Shown here in pieces: positions 56,619 through 64,000 of a stretch of 64,000 nt of DNA. Position 1 is the first letter of the stretch, and each line of letters opens with the position of its first letter. This stretch comes from an uncultured Acidobacteriota bacterium (lineage in GTDB: Bacteria > Acidobacteriota > Vicinamibacteria > Vicinamibacterales > UBA8438). The stretch covers positions 64,001 through 128,000 of the forward strand of contig CAJWLU010000003.1 of the NCBI GenBank assembly GCA_913043225.1, in the 5' to 3' direction. Position numbers and translations under genes: made by a program. Under the pieces are notes generated by a model. The model was not told where the DNA came from and made no database searches. It worked only from the letters and a program-made list of their open reading frames with translations.

Positions 56619-58184
56619 ATGAAGAGCCTGGCGCACCTTTTGTGCACCGCGGCGTTCGTCGGTGGGTTGGTCCTGCCGGCGGCCGCGGCTGACGCGCCTG
56701 TCGCCGATGCGGCGCAGGAGGCGGACCTGACGACGGTGCTCGCCCTGATCGGGCAAGGGGCCGACGTCAACGTTTCTCAAGGCGATGGCATGACCGCCAT
56801 GCACTGGGCGGCATTCCACGATGACTTGGAGTTGGCCCGGGCGCTCCTGTCGGTCCGGGCAGACGTCGATCGGGGCACCCGCGTGGGTGGGTTGCAGCCG
56901 CTCTGGATGGCGGCGACCAATGGTAGCGCGGAGATGATCCGCGTACTGGTTGACGCTGGCGCCAACGTCAATGCTGCAAATGGCACCGGGGCTACACCGC
57001 TCATGGCCGCGGCCATGTCTGGCAGCGTCGACGCTGTAGTGCTCTTGCTCGACGAAGGCGCGTTCGCCAACGCACGCGAGACGGCGAACGGCCAGACCCC
57101 GCTCATGTTCGCTGCCTGGGAAGATCGTGCAGACGTCATCCGCTTGCTCATCGACCGAGGCGCCCATGTGGGGTTGACGTCGTGGGTGGTGTCGATGGCC
57201 GAGCAACAGTACGACTCCGACGGGAATCTTCTGCCGACGCGTCGCCCGCGGGCGCCGGGCGGGAACTCGGTTATGGGTGGGATGACCGCCCTTCTGTTCG
57301 CCGCTCGAGATGGTCATCTGGCTGCGGTCGAGGCCCTGGTCGAGGGGGGCGTGAATGTGGACCAGGTGGCCGGGAGCGAAGGCTCCAGCCCCATGGTGAT
57401 CGCGATCGCCAACGGGCACTACACGGTGGCGAAGTATTTGCTCGATGCCGGGGCAGACCCCAACGTGGAGAACGTGGATGGGCTAGCCCCGCTATACGCC
57501 ACGATCAACATGCGGTTCGCGCCGGTGTCGTGGGCCCCGAATCCCCGCACGGATCAGGAACGGGTAGACGCCGTGACTCTGGTGGCGGCACTGCTCGATG
57601 CCGGGGCAGATCCCGATGCTCGGATCGCCCGTGGGTTGTGGTTTAGTCCCACCTCGCACAATCGGCTCTGGATCAACCCGGCCGGTGCCACCCCGTTCTG
57701 GCGTGCTGCCCAGGCCAGTGACGTGGAGTCGATGCGGTTGCTGCTTCGCGCCGGTGCCGATCCGCATCTTGCCACCACCGATGGCACCACCCCGCTGATG
57801 GTGGCGTCGGGCATCGGGTGGCGCGGCAACTTCAGCCAGAACGCGCTAGGTGCCTGGATGGACGCGGTGCGCTTCCTGGTGGAATTGGGCGCGGATGTAA
57901 CGGCGAGCGACCGTAGCGGCTACACCGCGCTGCACGGGGCCGCCGCGCTCGGCGATAACGAGATGGTCGAGTATCTCGTGTCGCACGGGGCCGGCGTAGA
58001 TGCCATTGACCGGCGCGGTAACTCTCCGGCCGACATGGCGTTTGGCCCGTCGAGATTCTTCATTCCCAAGCCGAAAACTGTCGAGTTGCTGGTTCGACTC
58101 GGCTCGCCGTTCCAGGACAAGTGCCGATCCGACCAGTGCGTGGACGGGAAGTTCTTCGGGGGTGCGTCAACCACTCCGCGCTGA
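56619..58184 (+). CDS. Secreted ankyrin-repeat protein, third gene of cassette copy 4
   Basis: Starts 2 nt after the DUF1552 stop; signal peptide; many ankyrin repeats; C-terminal CRSDQC. Confidence 0.92.
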   Translation: MKSLAHLLCTAAFVGGLVLPAAAADAPVADAAQEADLTTVLALIGQGADVNVSQGDGMTAMHWAAFHDDLELARALLSVRADVDRGTRVGGLQPLWMAATNGSAEMIRVLVDAGANVNAANGTGATPLMAAAMSGSVDAVVLLLDEGAFANARETANGQTPLMFAAWEDRADVIRLLIDRGAHVGLTSWVVSMAEQQYDSDGNLLPTRRPRAPGGNSVMGGMTALLFAARDGHLAAVEALVEGGVNVDQVAGSEGSSPMVIAIANGHYTVAKYLLDAGADPNVENVDGLAPLYATINMRFAPVSWAPNPRTDQERVDAVTLVAALLDAGADPDARIARGLWFSPTSHNRLWINPAGATPFWRAAQASDVESMRLLLRAGADPHLATTDGTTPLMVASGIGWRGNFSQNALGAWMDAVRFLVELGADVTASDRSGYTALHGAAALGDNEMVEYLVSHGAGVDAIDRRGNSPADMAFGPSRFFIPKPKTVELLVRLGSPFQDKCRSDQCVDGKFFGGASTTPR

Positions 58185-58240
58185 ACGATACGGACCCCCC
58201 TGGCACGGCGGTATGCACCGCGACTCGGAGCCGGACGCTC

Positions 58241-58456
58241 GAGGAGCTACTTGGCGGCCGTGGCGCTGACTATATGAGCGCGCTGGCCGATGCCGTGGCT
58301 TTCGAGGCCAGTTCGTTCGATGTGGTCCATGTGTTTCTGCCCCGTTCGTTCCGGAAGCTTCCGGTGGTAGACGCTGAGCGCTGGGTGGCGGGGCAGGTCA
58401 GTCGCTGGCACGTGCTCTTGGCCATCGACTCGTCGCGCGATAATTCCCGGTTGTTC
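58241..58456 (+). pseudogene. Degenerate CBS-domain remnant
   Basis: GGRGADYMS...SSFDVVHVFL..SFRKLPVVD...AGQVSRWHVLLAI matches the CBS pattern DYMS...RRLPVVD...VGQISRRDVL. The first CBS of a pair is missing, and the frame runs on antisense into the next gene. Confidence 0.6.
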
Positions 58457-58524
58457 TGGGTGGCCGAGTGTCGACCCGCCGGTGACGCCGTCGGCGATTC
58501 CGGCATGCGGGTCGCCCGCGGGTG

Positions 58525-60162
58525 TCAGCGGGTGAAGCGGTCGTCTGCACCGGTGGTGCGCACGAGGACCGCGTCGTTCGAGATCTCGCGCACGATCTCT
58601 ACGCCCGTCCCTTCAAGCTGCATTTCTCGAGCTCCCAGCGTCGTGGTGACCACGATGGTGCCTGCCGGCCCGCCGGTTTCCCATTCATCGACCGGACGCC
58701 GCAGGTAATACTCGATGCCGAACTGCCACGTGCGGTGGAGTCCGTAGCTCCGAACCGGCGCGCTGCTGGCGAGCGCCGAGGCTTTCTCGGCCACGCTCCT
58801 CGTGCTGATGAACGGGTCGAGTGTTGGCATCAGGAACAGGCTGAGCTGCCACAGCGCGAGGGTGACTCCGAGGGCGGTAGTGGCGACCACGGGCAGGAGC
58901 TGCCGACGTGCACCGAAGAATAGGCTCCCGAGTCCGGCCAGGCCCATGATCGCCCCGAGCGGTCGGACAGCGCCAGGCGCCACTCCCGCGCTTTCCACCC
59001 CAGGCGCGACGAGGAATGCAACCGACATCGCGAGTAGGGTGCCGGCGGTGCTCATGCCGAGGGCGCGCACTGCGCGTCGCTGCTCTAGAGTGACCGCGAT
59101 GCTCCGGGCTAGGAGCAGGATGGCTGGTGGCACCGACGGGAGCACATAGCCGGGGAGCTTCGATTGGGACAGACTGAAGAACGCGATGGGGAACACGACC
59201 CAGCATGCGAGAAAGATCGACGCCGATCCTTTCCGGGCACGCGTCTGGAGTGCGGCGCGTCCCTCGCGAGCCACGCCGACGATCCAGGCCGACCAGGGAG
59301 CTAGCGCCAGGATCATGACGGGGCCGTAGAACCAGAACGGCTGGACATGGCGGAAGACCGGCGTGAGGAACCGCTCGACGTTGTGCGAGATGAGGAAGAC
59401 CTGTACGAACTCTGGGTTGGCGAGGCCGACGAGCACGTACCAGGGCGATGCGACCACGCAGAAGGTCAGGATGGCCCAGGGAGAGGCCAGGCGCCAGATG
59501 CGCTCGGGACGCCCCACCAGCACAGACGCGATTACGCTCGATGACCCAGCCAGGAGGACGCCGGCGGGGCCCTTCGCGAGGACTGCCAGACCAAGTGCCC
59601 CACCCCAACCTACTTCGAAGCCGCGTCCGGCTTCACCTTGGGGCCGGATGACGATCGGCAGGGCCAGGGCCAGGGCCAGGATCAAGGTCGACGTGAAGAT
59701 GGTGTCGGTGGTGGCAGCCCTCGCAAACACCAGCGTAGCGATGCTTGAGGGATACAGGACCGTAAAGAGCAGGGTGGTCGTGCGGCCAAAGTATCGCCAC
59801 CCCAGCCAGCCGGCCGCCAGCATCGAGATCAGGGACCCGAGAATCGACGGAAGACGGGCGGCGAGCTCGCCCTCACCGAGCAGCTGGTAGCCTGCGGCGG
59901 CGATCCAGTAGTAAAGGATAGGTTTTTCCAGCCAGGCTTCCCCGTACAGTTTCGGTGTAACCCAGTCGCCGCTTTCTGCCATGGCTCTGGCGATTGCTGC
60001 ATAGCGGGGTTCGTCTGGGCCGACGAGGCCGAAGACGGTCATCCCGCTGAAGAAGCTCACGTAGCAGGCGAGTCCGGCAATGGCGACGAGCGTCCATTCG
60101 AAGGGGCTTAGCGACAGGGGGGGCGCTTCGGCGGGGGTCGTTGGCGGATTGGTGTGGCTCAT
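58525..60162 (-). CDS. ArnT/PMT-family (GT-C) membrane glycosyltransferase
   Basis: PDEPRYA, EKPILYYW, ARLPS, LAKGP, PWY, SKLPGYVLP; many TM segments. Confidence 0.88.
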   Translation of the reverse strand: MSHTNPPTTPAEAPPLSLSPFEWTLVAIAGLACYVSFFSGMTVFGLVGPDEPRYAAIARAMAESGDWVTPKLYGEAWLEKPILYYWIAAAGYQLLGEGELAARLPSILGSLISMLAAGWLGWRYFGRTTTLLFTVLYPSSIATLVFARAATTDTIFTSTLILALALALPIVIRPQGEAGRGFEVGWGGALGLAVLAKGPAGVLLAGSSSVIASVLVGRPERIWRLASPWAILTFCVVASPWYVLVGLANPEFVQVFLISHNVERFLTPVFRHVQPFWFYGPVMILALAPWSAWIVGVAREGRAALQTRARKGSASIFLACWVVFPIAFFSLSQSKLPGYVLPSVPPAILLLARSIAVTLEQRRAVRALGMSTAGTLLAMSVAFLVAPGVESAGVAPGAVRPLGAIMGLAGLGSLFFGARRQLLPVVATTALGVTLALWQLSLFLMPTLDPFISTRSVAEKASALASSAPVRSYGLHRTWQFGIEYYLRRPVDEWETGGPAGTIVVTTTLGAREMQLEGTGVEIVREISNDAVLVRTTGADDRFTR

Positions 60163-60419
60163 TGGCGAACGGCCAGCTGACGGGCAGATTGTATGCCGAG
60201 CCCGCGTCGTCCGGTAGTGTGGAGCCCGTTCGGATAGGTGACGATGGGAGCGTTGAGTGCGACTTCTTACGAGGTTGACCGAATTGGGTGAAAATTGACG
60301 AAATTGATCTGCGCGGATCGTTGTCGAACATGTTATTGTCGACTACGTGGCAGAGTGGGCTGGGTAGAGATTCCAGGCCCCCGAAGGAAATTCGGCAGAA
60401 CGAGGGAGGTGATCGCCCT

Positions 60420-61064
60420 ATGAATCAGGAGATCATCGAGTTGACTGAGGAAGCGACCGAGCAGGGCGTTTCCCGACGTGGTTTCATCAAGGGCGCCATT
60501 GCGGCCAGCGCAGCTGTGTCGTCGTCGAACTACCTGTTCCGTGGGAACGGCGGGACGGCGCTTGCACAGTCGCCAGCGGCCGGAGCCGTTGAGCGTCTCA
60601 TCACGCTCAATATCAACGGTCGCAGCCGTCGAGTGCAGGCGCCTCCGATGGAGACCCTGTCGACGACGTTGCGCTATACCCTGGGCCTGACCGGCACCAA
60701 GATTGGGTGCGATCGTGCCGAGTGCGGCGCTTGTACCGTGCTGCTCGACGGTCAGCCGCACTATGGCTGTTCCGTGCTCACTCACTCGGTGCGTGGCCGT
60801 GAGGTCACCAGCATCGAGGGGCTCGAGGGCGAGGACGGCACGCTGCATCCGATGCAGCAGGCCGTGCTCGAGGAGCAGGGCTTCCAATGCGCGTTCTGCA
60901 TGTCGGGGTTCATCATGAACACCGTGGCACTGCTCAATGAGAACCAGAACCCGACGCGGAAGGACGCCGCCGAGTGGCTCTCGGGCAACCTGTGTCGGTG
61001 TGCAGACTACGACAAGATCCTGACGTCCGTCATGCGGGCGGCGGAAATCACGCGGGGGGCCTGA
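60420..61064 (+). CDS. Xanthine dehydrogenase-family 2Fe-2S subunit with Tat signal (PaoA/CoxS-like)
   Basis: GGAGG RBS; SRRGFIK; GCDRAECGACTV; QCAFC; GNLCRC. Confidence 0.9.
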   Translation: MNQEIIELTEEATEQGVSRRGFIKGAIAASAAVSSSNYLFRGNGGTALAQSPAAGAVERLITLNINGRSRRVQAPPMETLSTTLRYTLGLTGTKIGCDRAECGACTVLLDGQPHYGCSVLTHSVRGREVTSIEGLEGEDGTLHPMQQAVLEEQGFQCAFCMSGFIMNTVALLNENQNPTRKDAAEWLSGNLCRCADYDKILTSVMRAAEITRGA

Positions 61065-61065
61065 C

Positions 61066-63528
61066 GTGGCTGATTACAAACTGCTCGGTAAGGACTACCA
61101 AACGCCAGACCTCTACGCGAAGGTCACCGGTCGCTCCAAGTACGCCGAGGACCATCGCGCCGAAGGCATGGTCTTCGCCAAGCTGCTGGTTAGCCCGATG
61201 CCGCACGCCCGCGTGCGCTCGATCGACACCAGCCGCGCCGAGGCCCTTCCGGGCGTCGAAGGCATCCTGACAGCCGATGACCTGCCGGAAGTGGACGAAC
61301 CAAATGAGGCGGCCCTAACCAACGAGCCGCTGTACGAGGGCGAGCCGATTCTCGCGGTCGCGGCCGTGAGCGAGCAGGTCGCTTCCGAGGCGATTGAACT
61401 CATCGAAATCGACTACGAACCGCTGCCGTTCATTCTCGACCCGCTCGACAGCCTCATGCCGGGTAGCCACAACGCCCGCACCGTCACTGTCGACGGCGAG
61501 GCGGTGAGCGCCAATACGATGGTTGGTCGCGACCCGGGCGAGGTTAAGTGGTCCGAGTCGGACGTCGCCGGCCTTGCTCCGGGTGAGATTCCGATGGACG
61601 CTCCGGCGGCCGCCGAGTGGTCGTATGGCGACGTCGAGGCCGGGTTCGCCGAGGCGGACGTCATCATCGAGGAGAACTCCTATCACCAGTCGCTGTCGCA
61701 CCAGCCGCTTGAGAGCCGGACGACGATGGCCTACTGGGAAGGCAACAAGGTCTACGTCTACCCGTCGGTGCAGAGCACGGCCCGCAGCGTTGGACCGCTG
61801 GCTCGGTTAGCTGGCGTGGAGCCGTCGGACATCGTTGTCATCAACGAATTCACCGGTGGTGGGTTCGGCAGCAAGATCAGCGGGTATGTCCAGGCACAGA
61901 TTCCCATCCTGCTGTCGAAGAAGATCGGCAAGCCGGTGCAGATGCGCGTCACCCGGCGGGACGAGACCTCGTTCGGTCGCGCCCGTCCAGGCACGCAGGC
62001 TCGCATTAAGCTCGGTATGCGGTCTGACGGTCGGATCACCGCGGTCGACATCCACGCCATTGGCGACGGCGGCCCCTACGGGCGGTCGGGCGACCATATG
62101 AACGTGGGCGGCATCGGGTCGCTCTGCTACACGCCGATGGCGATGCGGCAGCGGGGCACCGGGGTCTGGACGAACACTCCGCCGAGAGGGGCGCAGCGTG
62201 CGCCTGGTGGTGTGCAGTCGATGACCATGCTCGAGCCGATTATCCAGAAGGCGGCCAAGCGCCTGGGGCTCGATCAGGTGGCGGTCCGCCGGCTCAACGC
62301 CCCCGAAGGGCAGGCCAAGTATGGCGCGCCTGGTCGCGATGGCGAGCAGGGTAACGTGTCGAGCGCGTTCGTGAAGGAAGCGATCGACGCTGGCGCCGGG
62401 GCCTTCAACTGGAGCGAGCGTATCCAGCGGAGCGGTGAGCGTAACGGCTCCAAGGTGACCGGCTTTGGTGTCTGCGTGAGCTCGTATGCCGCCGGTGCGT
62501 CCGGTGTTGACGGGCTGTTCGTCATCAAGCCCGATGGCCGGATGTATATCCAGTCCGGAATCGGGAATCTGGGTACCGAGTCGACCTTCGACACGATGCG
62601 CGCAGCGGCCGAGGGTATGGACATGCCCTGGGAAAAGTGCGATGTGGTCTGGGGCGATTCCTCGCGCCATCTGCCCTGGAGCTGTTCGCAGGGTGGTAGC
62701 TCGACGGTGCATGCGCACACCCGCGCCAACTGGGCGGCTGTCGAAGACGCCACCCAGAAGATGAAGGAGGTCGCGGCGCGTGACCTCGGTGGTTCGCCCG
62801 ACAGCTACGAGATTGGTGGCGAGCGGGTCTACCGTCGCGGCAATCGGGGCCAGGGCCTGAGCTTCGCCCAGGTTGCGCAGCGTGCCATCGACCTGGGCGG
62901 CAAGTACGACGGCAATGAGCTCCCGGAGGACATCAACGGCATGACCACCGCGTCGGCGACTGCGCTTGCCGGCCAGGGCCTGATGGGTGTCGCGAAGGAC
63001 AACTACGAAGAAGGCGGCCGCCGTATGTCGTTTGCGGTCGGTTTCGCCGAGGTCGAGGTCGACATCGAGACAGGGGACATCAAGATCATCGACTATGCGG
63101 CCGGCACCGATGCTGGCACCATCATTCACCCCAGGGCCTACGGTGCGCAGGTGCTTGCCGGCGCAATTCAAGGTTTCTCTGTTGCCTTGAGCCAGAAGTG
63201 GGTCTATGACCGTCGATGGGGCCTGTTGGTAGCGAAGCGGTTCTACAGCAACCGCCCGCCTAGCATCATGGACGTGCCCCATGAGCGGCCGATGGAGTGG
63301 GTGAATGCCGACCTACCGGATCCCTTCAACCCTCTTGGTGCGAAGGGTATCGGTGAGGCAGCGCAGGGCGCCGGTTCGGGTGCGGTGGTCAACGCCATCG
63401 CCGACGCGCTGGATTCTCTGGGCGACGATACGGGCGACTTCTATCGCTCGCCAGTCACACGAGATATGATTCTGACCAAGCTCGAGCAGGCTCCGATTGG
63501 TCACGACCGGCTGACGGCTCACGTCTAA
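61066..63528 (+). CDS. Xanthine dehydrogenase-family molybdopterin-binding subunit
   Basis: AKVTGRSKY, SPMPHARV, GGGFGSK, AQRAPG, AKGIGE. Confidence 0.92.
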   Translation: MADYKLLGKDYQTPDLYAKVTGRSKYAEDHRAEGMVFAKLLVSPMPHARVRSIDTSRAEALPGVEGILTADDLPEVDEPNEAALTNEPLYEGEPILAVAAVSEQVASEAIELIEIDYEPLPFILDPLDSLMPGSHNARTVTVDGEAVSANTMVGRDPGEVKWSESDVAGLAPGEIPMDAPAAAEWSYGDVEAGFAEADVIIEENSYHQSLSHQPLESRTTMAYWEGNKVYVYPSVQSTARSVGPLARLAGVEPSDIVVINEFTGGGFGSKISGYVQAQIPILLSKKIGKPVQMRVTRRDETSFGRARPGTQARIKLGMRSDGRITAVDIHAIGDGGPYGRSGDHMNVGGIGSLCYTPMAMRQRGTGVWTNTPPRGAQRAPGGVQSMTMLEPIIQKAAKRLGLDQVAVRRLNAPEGQAKYGAPGRDGEQGNVSSAFVKEAIDAGAGAFNWSERIQRSGERNGSKVTGFGVCVSSYAAGASGVDGLFVIKPDGRMYIQSGIGNLGTESTFDTMRAAAEGMDMPWEKCDVVWGDSSRHLPWSCSQGGSSTVHAHTRANWAAVEDATQKMKEVAARDLGGSPDSYEIGGERVYRRGNRGQGLSFAQVAQRAIDLGGKYDGNELPEDINGMTTASATALAGQGLMGVAKDNYEEGGRRMSFAVGFAEVEVDIETGDIKIIDYAAGTDAGTIIHPRAYGAQVLAGAIQGFSVALSQKWVYDRRWGLLVAKRFYSNRPPSIMDVPHERPMEWVNADLPDPFNPLGAKGIGEAAQGAGSGAVVNAIADALDSLGDDTGDFYRSPVTRDMILTKLEQAPIGHDRLTAHV

Positions 63529-63562
63529 GGCATAGACGAAAGAGCCTGGGGAGGCATTCAAG

Positions 63563-64000
63563 ATGGCCGTAATTCGCGACGTAATTCCTCAACTTGAGCT
63601 GTTCCAGCCGTCAAGTACTGACGACGCGTTGGCATTGCTGGCCGAGCACGGGTCGGATGCTTGGGTCTATGCCGGTGGGCTGGACACGCTCGACTGGTTC
63701 AAGGATCGAGTGAAGCGACCGCGCGTGGTTGTCGATCTCGGTGGCATTGACTCGATGCGTGAGATTCGGTCGACCTCAGATGGCATAGAAATTGGTGCCA
63801 TGGCGACCCTGATCTCTGTCATCGACAACCCGGAAGTACGGTCGCAGTTCCCGGCGCTGGCCTACTCGGCCAAGTCGGCAGCGTCGCCGCAGATCCGGCA
63901 TCAGGGCACCATTGGCGGGAACATCGGGCAAGACACCCGCTGCTGGTACTACCGGGACGGCTGGACCTGCTATCGGGCAGGCGGCAACATCTGCTACGCC
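63563..64000 (+). CDS. Partial FAD-binding subunit of the xanthine dehydrogenase family (PaoB/HcrB-like), truncated by the window end
   Basis: Hand translation MAVIRD...AGGLD...IGAM...ASPQIRHQGTIGGN...RCWYYR..WTCYRAGGNIC; GGAGG RBS; not in the ORF track. Confidence 0.88.
   Translation, partial: MAVIRDVIPQLELFQPSSTDDALALLAEHGSDAWVYAGGLDTLDWFKDRVKRPRVVVDLGGIDSMREIRSTSDGIEIGAMATLISVIDNPEVRSQFPALAYSAKSAASPQIRHQGTIGGNIGQDTRCWYYRDGWTCYRAGGNICYA

Noticed and set aside
19675..58184. Ankyrin proteins as proof of a symbiotic lifestyle
   Set aside because: Their coupling to the DUF1552 cassette explains them without a host; lifestyle cannot be read from this window.
1..64000. CRISPR arrays, tRNA/rRNA, prophage, IS elements, defence systems
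   Set aside because: No spaced direct repeats, RNA gene signatures, transposase, integrase or nuclease motifs were recognised by eye. The cassette copies are diverged paralogs without terminal repeats.

Overview
High-GC bacterial chromosomal window. Gene content suggests Acidobacteriota (Vicinamibacteria-like) or a PVC-type organism; this is inference only. The window is densely coding and dominated by exported proteins. Its most striking structure is four diverged copies of an uncharacterised cassette: a Sec-exported c-type diheme DUF1587/1595/1592/1588/1585 protein (copy 1 truncated by the window edge), then a Tat-exported DUF1552 (HxxSHH) protein, then a coupled third gene that differs between copies (secreted ankyrin protein twice, cytochrome c'-like protein, or a 'YACHE'-motif protein). 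Also present: two cytochrome c-fused copper (PHM/DBH-type) monooxygenase-like genes plus the tail remnant of a third; three 'YACHE' paralogs; three secreted ankyrin proteins; several exported versions of normally cytoplasmic enzymes; a nadQ-nadABC operon with a visible promoter and operators; acs; a UbiD-family decarboxylase; an ArnT-like transferase; and a Tat-exported xanthine-dehydrogenase-family molybdoenzyme. Several small gene remnants lie at operon junctions. No rRNA, tRNA, CRISPR array, integrase or transposase was recognised. All family calls come from motif recognition by eye, not database searches.
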